Positions 37,750 to 53,100 of a stretch of DNA of 64,000 bases are shown here, piece by piece. A program made the position numbers and the translations under genes. Position 1 is the first letter of the stretch; every line of letters begins with the position of its first letter. This DNA comes from Sphagnum compactum (taxonomy: Eukaryota), in contig OZ234494.1 in NCBI GenBank assembly GCA_965153455.1, positions 11,222,001-11,286,000 of the forward strand, read 5' to 3'. The notes beneath the pieces were generated by a model. That model ran no database searches. It was given only the letters and a program-made list of their open reading frames with translations, and was not told the origin of the DNA.

Positions 37750-39424
37750 CAAAGTAAAGCTAACCATCAGGGTTAGCTAGGAACTAGAACTCAATGGGAA
37801 AGTGTTTCCTGTCCATGCACTATCCATCTGACTGAATGGGTTTCCAAGTTGCTAGTTCATGTTGGTACCTGAACACAAAACTTCTAGCCATACCCTGACA
37901 TTTACATCATAACGAGCTAATTCTTGCTCATGGTGTTCAGCTGAACAACCAAGAGGCAAATAAGGTGAAGGGAATCTCTTTTCATTACATCTAACCATAT
38001 GAGAGACACGAATTGATTCTCAAGGTCACCAAATTGTGAAGGTTCAAGTGGTAACTTTCTTTTCGTTATGTTAACCATATTTCAATGTTTGATTGATTGA
38101 TTGAAACCCCATATGAAAGTTGAGCAAACTAATAGGTTGTTGTGTTTGGTGCAAGTGTTTGAAATGGTGTGATTGGTGTTGCACTTCGTAGGTATTGAAG
38201 GTACAATAGACTTGGCTTGAGAGTTGCTTGACAACCACCTTCAAAAATGATTTTGACAATGGCACCTAAGGTTTTTGTTGCAATTTGATGTGTGAGTACT
38301 TTGGCAAAGTGAGTTTCATATGCACCTTAAATTTGCTTTGAATTGAAGGGAAAATTTGTTGAAATATGTGTGATTCTTTAAATCACCAATCTATGTGTTG
38401 CATTTGTTTTTAAAGCATATTGTTGTGAATTCGTATTGAAAATCAACATAAGGATTAAATTTAGTCTTTATTTTAAATCAAAATTTGAAATACGTAGATA
38501 CATACAAATTACATCTTTAGTTGTTCTTTAAAAAAAATTGGTCATTGATTTTAAGTTATCACATGAAAAGGCAAAGGAAGGATTTCTTGCTTCATTTCAA
38601 TGTAGAGGTAGTTAACCATGAAGATTTATATCATCTCAAGATAGCTCCAAGAAAAAAATCCAAAAACAAAAACAGAACAAGAGAGGATCAAACGGCATGG
38701 AATGTATGGAATTTGGAGTGGTCAAAAGAGTTTGATTGCCTTCAATTTTATCCTTTTCTTGGGAGAGGTTTTTGAACTTTGTGCAAGAAATGTGAGAAAA
38801 CCAATTATGTTTTTGGCGAAGGAAGAGGTAGCAAAGAACATCAAAGTTAGTGTTGTCCACGAGCACTTGAATTCGCAAACACACAAAAGAAGTAGCATGG
38901 GTCAAGAAAAAAGGTTGAAAAACATTGATAAATGTGATCCATCAAGTTATTAAAATGTGTTTTGAATTTCATGAAGGTTACATATTTAGAACATGATTAA
39001 ATTATGTTTACAACTGCATGACTAGGTTATGAGGCTCGTAATTACATGACTAATGTATTTGGTTTGATTTCAAAATCATGTTTGACGAAGTAGCAAAATG
39101 CATTGGACACATCAAGAAGTTAGAAAAAAATTGTAAGAAAAGAAATTGTTGATTAAGTACAAATTCCTCTTGTACAAAATTATTGCACTTAGAAGCAATA
39201 TGTTCATAATTGTCATGAAAAAAATTATTATTTCATATATAGTTTTGAGTTCTTCAAAGGTGGTCCCAAATTATTATTTTTTGATTATTTGAAATAATTT
39301 ATGATCATTAGCCAATTGCAAATGATTTAAAATTTTGTACATGCACCAAAATAATACACTTAATCCAACATCATACTATTGAAGCAATTTCCTTTTAGAA
39401 CCAATGTTAAAATACACTCACATT

Positions 39425-39990
39425 AGGTTTTGTTTAAGTTTTGCTTAGGTTTGGCCCTATTTAGCATAGGTTTAACCTTTGATTGACTTAGGTTTAGTTT
39501 TAATTTAATTTTAAGGTTTAGTCTAGGTTTATCCTTTAAATTTAATTTGTAAATTTAACCTTTAAGTTTAACTTATAGGTTTAACCTAAGTTTAGTTTTT
39601 AAGTTTAATTTAGATTTAACCTTTAGGTTCAACTTAAATTACTTAAGTTTGATTATGTTCAATTAGGTTTAACATTTAAGTTTAGCATCTAAATTTGTTT
39701 TTTAAGATTAACCTATAAGTTTAGATTAAATTTAGTTTAGATTTAGTCTTTAGGTTTAACCTAAACTTATTCTCTAAGTTTAATTTGTAAGCTTAGTCTC
39801 AACTTAACCTTTAGGTTCAATCTAAATTTAGTCTTTAAATTTAGCTTATGTTTAACTTAATTTAACTTAAATCATTTTAGGTTATACTAGGTTAGTTTAC
39901 AATATCTTAAAATGGTTTAAAATGGCCTAAGCTAACCTAAAATAGGCTTTGTAGGTGGCCTAGGTTAGCCTAGATTAGCCTAAGTTAAAA
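39425..39990. repeat. Low-complexity TTAGGTTTAA/TTAACCT degenerate array
   Basis: Dense TTAGGT, TTAAGT and AACCT motifs. Confidence 0.7.
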
Positions 39991-41760
39991 TATGTTAGTG
40001 TTTATAGCTTTGTGATGACTAATTATATTACAAATAAAATATCGTGGTCCAATGGTTACAAACCTATACTTTCCAAATAGAAGGAAAAGGTTCAAATCTT
40101 CACATTTAGGTTTCTTTCCTAGATAGCTTAACTAATTTACTCTATATTCCTTTTTAGTCTAAGGGCCTAGGCTAACTCTTAGGCTAGGTCATTTAACCTA
40201 GACTTCTTAAACCTTGGTTATTGCATGACATCACATGATTGGGCCAAAAATGTTCTTGCCACATGGTAATTTGTAAATGGTCAAATTTTTTATAAATTGG
40301 AATAAGTTACCACATGGCAATTCATAAATGGACAATACATTCTTAAATTTAACATAGGTTGCCACATGGCAACAAGAAATTAATTAAAATATTTCTAATT
40401 TATGTTTTAAAAATTTTATTTCAACTATTGCATGGATCTTCCATAACTATTATTTGATTTAATATTATAAAGTTTGATGACTATGATCACAAGATTTCTT
40501 AAGATTTCTATGATCACAAGATTTCATCCATGACTATAATCGTGGAAATGGTAAACATGAATGGCATAAATGACAAGTTTGAATTGACTACATGATCATT
40601 TAGTCATTAAAACATATATAATTAATTCTTTTAGTCATGGATGCCATCTTTTGGTGCGGTAACAAAAACAAAATGATTGCAAATACTTCAACACTCTAAT
40701 TTCAGATAATTACATGGGTTGAAATGGTGTATTTTCTATATGGTGGACATTTTGCAAAAACTCATAAAGTTGAGTTTGATTTTTCAAAGTGATTACATTG
40801 ATTCTACAACCATTCACAACTCGGTTGAGGTTTAAATTTTATTTATTGACAAGGAATTCATTCTATAATCAAAAACAGACATAAATGCACATGTTTATGT
40901 AAGGACGGTTGGCCCATCATTCCAAACTATGGCCCAACCTGTGGAGGTTTTCTTCATGAATCGAGATCAATAATGCATGGCAAAAAAAGTTTCATGACAT
41001 TGAGTTGAACCAAAATATTTCAAGGGTTGATTTGTAAGGAGCCTTTCATTTTTAGAAGTTCTTTGCCACCAAAATATGCAATTTTCTCTCAAAAAGGTTT
41101 GAAGATACAAGGACATCTTGTCATGCATGACCATCTTAACACTAATTGTTCATCAAATACATTGTCTTGAATTGTTGAAAGATTATGGTTGACATGAAAT
41201 TGAATGTTTGTCCTTGTTTTACGACTCATCCAAATGTGCATCGATATTTTTTGACATAACATGTTCAAAACAAGTTCCAAGGTAAAAAATGTGAATATGT
41301 AGTGGAACACAACTCACAACTATGTCAATGTGACAACCAAGGTACTCAAGTTCCCTCCTCATCTTTATATACACAAGATTTGTGAGGTTGAGTTTAGCCC
41401 AATCAATCCAAGACCCAATTTGGGTTGATCCACATTGATCCCAAGACATTTAGTGTAGGGTAAATCCCCAAGATGGAGTCATTCCCAAAATAGAGGGCTT
41501 ATGTATGACTTGGCAATAATTACATTTTATCTTGCATTTTGGGAATGTATGCCATTCATGGGTAAGAGCTAAACATGGTCATGATCACTAGGCATAAGTA
41601 GAGGGGTTTTACCAATGTTAGTTAGGTACTATGACGAACTCAGTTACCCATGCTTGGTTTGGGTTTGACTCCAATAATTGAATTTAGGTCCTAATGTTGG
41701 ATTTGAGTGGACTTGGAATTAGATGGTTCAAATCCGGTTAGTGGAACTAATTGGGAATCA

Positions 41761-41788
41761 CCCCCCCCCCCCCCCCCCCCCCCCCCCC
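41761..41788. repeat. Poly-C tract (28 nt); G-quadruplex-capable on the minus strand
   Basis: Directly visible. Confidence 0.95.
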
Positions 41789-44264
41789 CTTGGCTTGAGT
41801 TTTATCATTACAAAAAACCAAAATTGAACTTAGGTTTTAGTTCTAAAACTAACTAAAAATCATAAGCAAATTGAATTTTTCAAAAAAATAATAATTTTAG
41901 TTCCATTTCAAACTTTTAAGGTTTTGTTTTTCTTTTTGGTGTTTTCATTTTTCAAGTGCATTGTTTTCTTCAATTTATTTTTTTCGTGTTTCTCAAGCAC
42001 ATTGTTCAAATTCTTGTGGTTTTCATGTTTTTTTCTTTTTTTGTTCAAGCTCTCATGTGATTTTCTTAAGTTCCTTATATCAACTTCAAACAAACATTGA
42101 GCTACCAACCAGGTAAGTTGTGTATTGCGCATGTTCATGGTTGTTTTGCCCATTGCCTTGTTCATTAATTAATTCTTTATTTAGTAAAAGAACGAGTAAA
42201 TCATTTCAAGATTAAAAAGAGATGACAAAAAAAAATTCAAAGATTTGTTGGCATGGTAAAAATTGCATGAACAAGAATTTTCTTATTTTGGGTTGTAGCT
42301 TAACAAATTTTGAGGATTATGGGCTCTTAGGGTCAAAAGGGTTTTTAGTATTGCAGGAACCTTCAATGCTCTCAACTAGGCATTCAAAATCTTGAAATGT
42401 TTATAAACATTTATAAGAATTAGCCAGATGACACCATGTTGGTGCCCATGAATCCATGAAATAATTCATGGAAATGGAAGATGACATGATGGAAGAAAAT
42501 GAAGAATTAATTGGTAAAAATTGGGCTCTTCAAGTTGAAAGAACCGTCTTAAGAAAAATTTTAATTTCTTGCAATATGTCAAATTTCTAAAAAAATTTAT
42601 GGATTATGTCTAGTTTATTTTTGGTATTATTATTATTATTGTTTGTTATAGATTTTGATGCAAAGGAACAATTGGGCAATGAAGATTGGCACTTTAAATC
42701 TTGACCCTAAGAAATGATGAACCCTTCAAAATTGCTAGGATTCATCTTAGGGTTCCTTTTTTGTAATGCCATGTTGTTTTAGGATTTTCTTGCATTTTGA
42801 ATTTGGGTTTTTGGGATTTGCTATTTGGGATTGAAATAGGGTTTTTTTGGGGGTTTGAAATAAGGTTTCTTGGGATTGGAATATGGTTTTTTAGGGATGA
42901 ATTAAGGTTTTCTTTGGGTCTGAAATAATTTTCTTAAAAGGTTTGAAATAATGATTTCTTAGGGAAGTGAAGGAGGGTTTTAAATAAGATTTTTTGAGGA
43001 TTTTAAATAGGGTGGAATCAAGGGTGTTCCAAGATGACAATAGGTCATTCAAGGTGCTAATTCCACTGTTGGAAATGCTAGACACGGAACTACATGACAA
43101 TGACCCCAAAAATAAAAAGTTATGACAGACATTTAGTGTAGATTATGGTTTAGAAATAAGCTAGTTTGTATTAGTTTAGGATTTTAAAAAATTGTTAATC
43201 ATCTTTTTTCTTGGGATAAAAGTTCAATTATATATATATATATATATATAATTCATTTTAATATTTTGAATGATGGCCGAATTGGAACTAGAGGTTACCT
43301 GGAATTGAGGGTTATGGAACTAACCAAAACGGCCTAACTTGAAATTTTTTAAAAATGAACCGAAATCAAAATCATCCCGTAATGAAAAAATCAGAATCGA
43401 AACCAACCAAGTCTCATATTTGGGAAAAAAGAACCAAAAACCAAAACGAATCCAATCTTTTGAAAAATGTTAAGAATTGAAACTAAAAAGTCCACTGTAG
43501 AACCCGGGAACTGGTTATGTTATACCAGTGGTCAGATCCCTCGTCTTTTCTATCTAAGAAGAGGGAGGAGGGATAATTGATGGATATAAGGTGCCCTCCA
43601 AATACACGAATTGTTTTGTCAAAGTGTGTTATGAGAAATCTACAACTTCAAATAATTTATACATATACAATATCAATTTTGAACATGGATTCAATTTAAG
43701 ACCTCCAACTGTGCTCAGTATGTGACTCTGGATAATAAAATTAAATGTCTAAGTTTAGCTGTTTTTTTTTTTGGGGCAACCCCACCAATAAAACTGTAAC
43801 TGGAACTGCAATCGAGTTGTGTGTGTTCAGCTACAACTTTTGCACTTAAGTGTTGTTGTACCAAGGCTCATTCATGAACCCCATTGTCTCACCTCTTGGC
43901 CAAAAAACTAGTAGTAGTCATTATGAATTTTCTTGCCTTTTCAAACTTGATAGGTATTCAGCAAAGGTAGGCTGGTTGGTTGGTTGGCTCACCAACCATC
44001 CAAAAGTCATGTGGATTTTGTGTGCCAATTTCTAGAGTGGTCCAAGGCATCCATCATCCTCTACAAAGAGTGTAGTTTGTGTGTGTGTGTACAAAAGAAA
44101 AGGCCTTCACTGACAAAAGGGGGCTGAATGAATTACATGGGTCTTTGGGTGTACAAGCAAAAGAAGACTAAAAAGGAGGTCCTTTCATGACACTACAACC
44201 CAAGAGTTAGTTGTACCATGCAAGGATGGATGGTGTGTGAAGAAACACTTTTTCATTGTATTCC

Positions 44265-44476
44265 TGTCATGTAGCTAACCACAATAGTTAGCTTTTGTGT
44301 ACCACCCCATCCACTTGCATCTACCTACCTACCTACCTAGTAAGCATCAAAATGCCTTCACTAATTTACTTGTCATGTAGCTAACCACAATAGTTAGCTT
44401 TTGTGTACCACCCCATCCACTTGCATCTACCTACCTACCTACCTAGTAAGCATCAACATGCCTTCACTTATTTACC
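44265..44476. repeat. About 106-bp near-perfect tandem duplication containing (CTAC)n
   Basis: TGTCATGTAGCTAACCACAATAGTTAGCTTTTGTGTACCACCCCATCCACTTGCATCTACCTACC... at 44265 and 44371. Confidence 0.93.
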
Positions 44477-46379
44477 TACCTACATGGGTAGGTACCTCGT
44501 TGGTGTGAAGGGAAGTAAAATGGTTTCAAAGTTGCACTTGTGCACGAATTGTGTGGGTAAAATTAGAGGGCCAAAAAGAGGCAAGTGTGTGAAAAAAAGT
44601 GAAAAGGGGGGAAAAGAAAAAGTCTCCAAATCATATTTTTAAACCTTGGATATTAACAATTGTCAAGACTTCTAGCAAACATTATTTCAATAATTTTAAC
44701 AAGTTGAGTGTCATGTTGAATTTTTGTACTTCTACATACCGCAACAATAAATAGAACTAAGCCGATACCATTCTAGTATTTTGAGGAATCCTCTTCCTAG
44801 TTACTAAGCTAACATGAGTTTCAACAAGGATTGTTTGGCTATCAACTTTTAGACCTATCCTATGGATACTAATAAAATTATTTTAATTTATTTTACAATG
44901 AAATATATATATTTTTTAAATCAATTTATTAGACCAACAAATTACACATTCATTTTTCAAAAAATTCTTTTGCCGATTATGATGAAGTGAATTTTCAAAA
45001 CATGACAAATATTTTAATTTTGGTTGCTTACGCGAAAAATTTACAAGATTACAGCCTAGTCTCCCAAAACAAAAACAACATGCACAAAATCCAAAACAAA
45101 GTAACTTGCAAGGGGATTGAACCTTAGTTCTAAAAAAAACTTTGCCCAATTCTAATACAAGTTCCCTACCCCAACCACACCCTCACACAAACTCACCCCA
45201 AACCCACAAAATTAATCACCATCAACCTACAATTGTTCAAAATAATTATGTTTTGTCATAAATTCATTGTTTTCCTCCATTAATTTTTTTTCATTTTTAG
45301 ATATTATTTCAAATTTGAGTTTGACTTGCAATTGAAGTACAGGTCATCAAACCAAATTTTCACTACGGTAATAATTTGATCTAGATGTTTTCCATCTACA
45401 AATAACAATGTTATAAAATTGTCAATACCTTAACAAAACTGAAACCTCCACATCAAACATATTTTCTTTAAGATTCAATCTTGCAACATCAATTGTCATT
45501 ACAACAAATGCATTGGTAGTAGGGTTTAGTTAACCAAAACACATGAGTAGAAGACACATGACAAACTTGACATTATATTAAAATGCTAGTCAAATTGCAT
45601 TTCCATGTCGCATCAATTTTTCCACAACATGCAAAGATTTGAAGCATAGATCCAATATGATGGTCATCATGTTGTGAACTTGTTGCGAATCAAAATATTT
45701 CATAAACTCCAAAAAGGGTTTATCACATCTATAACCTCCAATCACATATTTATGTGCAAAAAATAAAGCTCTTCAAATGGGTTAGGAGATTTTTGGCTCA
45801 CTATAAAGTTACAATAATTTAGCTTTCATGTTCATAGGAAGTGCAATAACTATTGTTAGGGCATTTAACAACAACCAATGACCCCTTAGATTCATTCATT
45901 GCACATGCTGATATAACATGATTCAAATAAGATGTGACTATTTGAACAATAGCCCACATTTACATCCATTTCCTATATATTTTGGTCTAAGTAATGGTTT
46001 TTTGTAAGTCAACATAATTGTTTTTTGCATTCACATTTATTAACCCAATAAAGATTTTCACTAGGAGGAAACTCCACACCTGCAACTACAATTTCAACTC
46101 ATTTTCAATTACAATTTGTAGTTGGAAATGACAAATTTAATTGAATTTCTTTTTGCAATTAAAATATATTGAAAACCACTATAGTAACATGTACAAGTCA
46201 CATGTTTGGGATTATCTTTTTTTATCAATTCATCCCCAATGGCAATTCCATTTTCATGTTTGTTTTGATTCTCCACCATTTTTAATGCGTCTTTCTATAT
46301 AGTTTAGAAACTTGAAATGGAAGACAAACAATATGGAATAAATATTTTAGTTGTAGCCCAATTGCAACTTAATCACAAC

Positions 46380-47180
46380 TACTACTTACTACCTACAAAC
46401 AACCACTTAGCTAGCTATTTATTGAATTATTACATACCTACTTACCTAACTTAACCTATTATGCAATAACCTAACTTACTATCTACCAGTTAACCTAGCC
46501 TACTAACTAATGTAGTTTATGAACCAACATAATTTATGCAATAGTTAGGCTAGGCTTAATTTAAGCAAGGTGACATTTGGGCCTAAACCATTTAAGCCAT
46601 GTGGCACTTATGTTTATACCAAATATGCCACATGCACTTAGACTTAAGTTTAAGGCTAAATTAAGTGGCACCTATGTCTAAACCACATGTGCCCCATGGC
46701 ATTTAGGGCTAGATTTAAGTCATGCCATGTGGCACCTATGCTAGGCATAGACCTAGGCCACCTATTTTAGGCCTAAACCTAGGTCACTTATGTAACACTT
46801 AGGTTAGGCCAAATGGAATTTTATAAATTAAGCCTACAACTAGGCCATGTAACACCTAACACATATGCCACATGACATCTAGGCCTAAACTTAAGTCATG
46901 TTAGATGTCACTTAAGGTTAGACTTACACCTAGGTCACATGGCACCTAGGTTATGCTTAAACTTAGGCCATGTGATTAGGTTAATTTACCTATGTATGTT
47001 ATAAATATGGCTATCTAGGTAGGTTTCTTAATCTAACCACCTACACACCTAAGTTAAATATATATATATAAGTAGGTAGCCTAAAAATGTAAGTTAGGTA
47101 TATTAAGTAGTTTAGTATAAACTTATGTATACCTATGTAGTAGGTAGCCAAACCTAAGTATATATGGTTAACCTAAAAAG
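46380..47180. repeat. Degenerate CCTA/TAGG and GCCATGTGGCAC low-complexity array
   Basis: Recurrent CCATGTGGCAC, CCTAGG and TACCTA motifs. Confidence 0.7.
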
Positions 47181-50100
47181 GTTTAAAACATTTTACTTGG
47201 ATACAAAGATGCAAATGTGCACAATGTCTCATCCATTTTTTAATCAGGATTACCAAAATAGTTGAACAAATGACTTGTGATGTAGCTTGTTACCTCATAG
47301 TTGCATGATGTTTGATAATCTCACATCTTAGGTCAACCTTTTGACATGTAGATCAGTTGGGAAATTGATGTTAAAAATATTTTAAAAGTGACTTTTTAGT
47401 TGAAGGTCATTTTCAATTGTCCACCAAATTAATAGGTGAATTGAGTTCTCTGGTAGTCACCTTAAGTTTATTTTCTAGTTACAACATACTTGAAAAGTAT
47501 TTGGTTAAAAAAAGGGGCATTTTTTTCTAATGGTGCATATTGACAAGCCTTAAACGTCATGTGCTTGAAAGATGTACCCTGATAAACCTTATGAATTTTC
47601 AAAGGTTCAAAATAAATGATGGAATGAATAGTTGTTGGCATAGTTGTTAGCTTAATGTTTTCATTTTTTACAAATATAATACCTAATGCAACAAACCAAA
47701 CTTCTCTAATAAAAATTAGAATTGTACAACCATGGATTACTTGGTTATTTTGTTCACTTCAAATAACCCCATAGTAACATGCATTGGGGCCTAAGATTCA
47801 TTGAAAAATAAGTAACCAAAGTAAAAGTATCAAGACTATTGCAAGACATGTAGAAATCAAAATTAGTAATGATTATTGTTGTAAATGCAAGATTCAATAG
47901 AACATGTTGGTCCATTGTCTTCTTGACCGGTGCATGAAACACTTCTTCCACATGAAAATAATTAGAAGGAAATTGAACACAAAGGCATTAACATAAAATT
48001 AATTTCAAAAGCCAATTGTTTTCAGAAGTAGATAGGGCACGTAACCTTTACAAATGAAAAACACAAAATTTTCAAGAAATTACAATTGAACATCATCAAA
48101 TTCTTTGCAGGGGTTTGTGGCATCAAAAATGCAATGATTGCACCAATAAATGGACTTGTCTTTTTTTTCATTAAATATTGAGCATGAACATGTTTTGCCA
48201 CCTTCTTGTCAAACTATTGCATCTTCTATGTAAACAACTTAGGATGTGCAATTTGCACATGAATATTTATGTGAATTATATGATTAGTTTTGTTGTATTT
48301 AATTAGACCTTTGTAAATAATAGAATTTTGTGTGAAAACGTCACCAAATGTTTGTTTGAATCTACAAATTGTACATTGCAAAATTTATGGGTTCATTGAA
48401 TCCACAAGAAAGCCATCATTGATAGTAATAAATCCCTAACATATAAACATTTGACTATGAAATTTTGAAGTTACAACTTGTGTTTTTATAGTCACAAGTT
48501 GTAGAACATCAACATTTGACACGTTGCCAATTATAAATGCACATTCTCAACATCTAATATTAATGAGGATTGCATTTGAATGGGGGTAATTGATTCATTT
48601 TTATCAATCCACCCATATGTCAACAAAACAATATTCGTCCTTTTCAACTATTTGAACACACAAGATGTATTTAAACATAAAAGACTAACAATGTAAACGA
48701 CTAAAAACATGTATACATTCAAACTTCAAACCTTATAAAAAAAATTTTATTGAAGGTGATGATTTTGAAGCTCATTTTTAGTGGAAAATATTTGGGTGTT
48801 GAGTTTTTTGTTTTATAGGTGACAAGTTCCACAATCCTCTTGAGCAACACTTGCCAAAGGCACATAATATAAAACAAGTAGTTGAACAACAAATGTTGAT
48901 GCCAAAAAATGCTACAAACCAATACATGTTGATGCAAAGTAGAACAATGAAAACACAAAGACCTTTGCTTCGTGCTTTGGAATTGATGTGCAATGAAATA
49001 CCAAAAATGAAAAAGAAGGAAACATGAAACTTAAACCTCACTTGGTTTGAAGCATAAAGGAGCAAATGACCAACAACAACTACGTGCTTAAAACAATGTT
49101 GATGTTTTGAATAAAGTTTGGAGCTTGAAAGGCTTATTATAGTTGAAGCTCAAAAGCTTTTTAAGTTCAAAGTTGGAACTTGAAAATAAAATAGAAAATG
49201 TTTGGAATAAAATTAAAGCTTGAAAACAAAGTCAAATTTGGAGCTTAGAGTAGAATGTTGAGTTGAAAGTTGAAAACAAAACACAAACACTAGATAAGGA
49301 GCTAAAAAAATATTGGACCAAAAATGAATCATGAAAGTTCAAGGAACTTGGAAAAATGTCAATACTTGTTATGCCACCATGAAAAAGGAGAGATTGACAT
49401 GACAATTTTGGGTCTTGGGCTCTTCTTGAACTCTAAAATATATGCATATCTAAAATTTTGAAAACCCTAATGGTTGGATATGTAGATTGAACCAACCCCT
49501 TTCAAATGTATATAATTAGACATAAGTATAATACTTATGTTTACATTTGATGAATATGTATCATAAAAAATATGAAAAAACATGTTAAAGTTGAATATGG
49601 TTTTGTTCATCTCCGACAATTATACATATTGATATCCAAATTTTCCTAGATATCCATACAACACTAGTTCCAACTTCCAAGTTGTTCTTCCCCCTTTTGA
49701 ATTCATTGATGTTTTGTAATTTTCAATGTAGCATATTGGGTTTCTTTTTCTTTTTAAAGTGATGGTGTCTTGGTGCCCTATTTAAAAGAACTCAACCCTA
49801 TTGAAGAATGATACCTATATATCATCCCATGTATGTAACAAACAACATTTTAAGCATCTAAGCTATGTCTTACCATAAATTCTTGCAATGTAGTGAACTA
49901 GTTTTTAACCAACAGAAAATGTGAACCTAATTGTAAACAAGTTATGAAAAGAATCAATAAAACTTCTGGAGGGTAAGTGTAGTATGTGTAAGGCAAGGAC
50001 CAAGAAGAGGGTTGTTTTAGGAATGAGGGCCATGTGTGACATAAAAGTTGATCATTGAACCCAAATCCCCAAAATGGCCCTATTCAAGGTATGGGATAGT

Positions 50101-53100
50101 TTACTAAGGGTAAGGCACATGCACTTCAATTACACTAGAAATTTTTGACAATGTCTTTAGTGATACATAATCTTGACCTTCTATCCCAAGAATTGTAAAG
50201 CGAATAAAATTTCCATGATCTTACAAAGTGAGTTCATATGTCTAGTAGCTTGGTGTCTCATATGAAAATATTGATATCATATTAATACATCCCTACTTTT
50301 GTTCTATTCCCTCTTTAGTACCTCCTAACTCCTAATCACATGTGACATTAACCTATATGGAAAAGCTCCTAAAGTCCTTTCATTTGCACATGCTTGGATT
50401 TTAGAATCTTCGCAAGACTAAAATATAGGATTTTGAGAGGTGTTTGAACGAGGTGTCCTTGGATGGGAAAACTTTGTGCCTTGCCTATTGTTTTCTTTTC
50501 TCATTTGATGCTTGAGTTGAGTGAGTGCATGCACCTTTTGAATACTTTTGTCCAGTTCTTTTGAACATGGTCAAAATTTCTTGTCCAACACTAGGTAATA
50601 ATATTAATTATAGATGTGTATAAATTAAAGCATAGAAAGCCATATACATATATCACAACCATTTGATGAAAATAGCTTTCGAGGATAGTACTTGTGGACT
50701 TCATCATACAACACATGTGTCAAACTTTGAACATATAATAAGAGAGTCATGCATTGATAAGTAGGTTGGAGTTGTAAAACATGATAAAGTTTTTGCAAAT
50801 TTGCTTCTAGTTCAATGGTGTATCCCAAGCCACCCACCCTAGCAATCAATGTCAAGAGTAAGGTGTTTACATTAGCTAGATATATGTATAAGAATTCTTG
50901 TTACACAACAAGAATTCACACCACCAAAACATGACTCTAGATGGCTAAATAAGTAGAGTACAAGAGAAACTTGACTTGAATCAAAGTAAAGGCAAAACAT
51001 TACCCATGGAAGATTTTTTAAAAAATGCAACGAATTGTTTAGAAGCTTTTATTTGTAAATGAAAAAGTAGAATTTGCAAGGTGGTGGTCATGGTGGAAAC
51101 TTTTCCAATGTAGTTGGACTTATAAAGAAAGTTATTTAAATTTTGCAAAGTAGCACCACAACACAATGGACTTTTCTATTTATGTTTGCCACTTTGGTGA
51201 ATTACTAGCCAACCTTAATGGAAAGGAGTTGGTTTCTTTTTCTTTTTCTTGGGGAAGGGGGTGGGGTTGTTGTTGTATTGGGATGGAGATGTTTAGGCTA
51301 GACATTTGCCACCCATCTACCAAAAGTGGACTTCTGTAGTATCATCTTGTAGCTTCTCATCTCACTTTAAGATGCCTTGTATCTGTTGTGTGAGTCCATT
51401 CCCCAACCAAACAATCTTCATTTTGCTGAATGTGGTCCAATGTGGTGGTGGACCACATTAACCTTTTTTCTAACATGGTTCCAAACTCCAAACCAAAGTG
51501 CAAATCCATAATGTCCCATGATGCCCACATGACCAAATTGAATTGAAATGGTCATACAATTAATTATCAATGGCTCTAAAATCTTAACTAGACCTAGGGT
51601 AGGCTACTAGCACCTATGTACAATGTACTACAAAATACTACTTAATAGTTTCAATTGAGACTTCAAAAACATGTTAACAACCCTAGCTTACCTTACTAGA
51701 AATATTTGTTGGAAAACTAGTGAATGTGTGATATGGTAGGGTAGGGTAGGGTAGGGTAAAGCCCAAGCATGAGGTCATTTTGGAAATAAGGGGACTAGGA
51801 CGAGGTGGTAGTCAAGTTTGGGGCCGCATGTTTTGAGAATGTCCTCCACCCGTGATGGGGCTTTTACCTATAGTAAAGCATGAGTTCCAAAAGTTAAGCA
51901 TGAATTTTAAACATATGTAGAACGTTATGTGTATAGGAAGGGCAGGGTTCTTACACATACTCCTTAAGAGTGAGAGGGATCTTACTTACTACCTACAAGA
52001 AAAACGGTGCCAAGACTTTTTTAAAGTTGACAAAGGGGAATAGACTCTCCCTCATGTGGAAGGGTGTAGGGAAGAAATCAATCATCAGGAAGATCGGAAA
52101 GGATCAGCAGGATCTGAGGCCTACATCTGAGATCTACAGATCCTGATCACACTGATCGATCGCCTTTGTTGTTTTGATTGAAGATCTTGAAAGTGCTTCA
52201 ATCAAAACAAACAAACCTACCATGGTCTCTGAGAGACTCTTTGATTTTCTTCGCTTTTTCTGCCTGGTTGGGTTGTCTGGCCTGGCATGCCAAGTGATAT
52301 TTTTTTAAAATAAAAAAATGACTTAAGAAATTGGTATTTAAATTTCCAAAAAATATATATTGAAAAAAAAATTCAGATTTAAACTAGAAAAAGAAAAAAT
52401 TTCAAAGAATTTTTTACCCCTTATGTGGTGAAAAATGACAAAATTTTATGGGTGAAGAAAAAAACACCCAAAAAAAAAACACAGCTTAAAAGCCCACCAA
52501 AGACTTCTGAACTGTGTGTGGAGGGACCAACATTGCTTGCTGCAACTGTCTCAACAACGAATCTCCCTGAGAGAGTGAAGAAGACTGAGGCTGCAAGTTG
52601 GGCGAGAACTTATCTATCACATTCCTGACCATCACGTGCTGTGTGTATCATGATTCTGTGCGATTCGAAAAAATGATTTGGTTGACAAAAGAGAATACTA
52701 CTATCCTCCAAACACCCGATCAATAGAGCATCGTCAAAGCCCAGGTTTTCTTCTTATGGTGCACATTGTTGGTGGTGGACGGTGATGGACACACTGACAA
52801 AATTTCCCACTCCCAAACTCGATTCATAGAAAAGGTTCTCTTTGGCTCATTTATCTATCTACATTGCACTATGTTAGTTCCGATCATATTTGGTGTGCTA
52901 AGTCTCATAATGTTAAGTAAGTTAACATTTAAACAACATTGTGTTTTTAACCCCCCCCCCCCTAAAAAGAAGAAGAAGACCTATTTTTAGTTTGGATTGA
53001 CTTAAGATTTTATTTTATTTTATTTTATTTTTTCCTTACTCACTCATTCACACCTAAGAAAATCTTGAAAAAAATATTTTGTTATTTTGACATCGAACTT

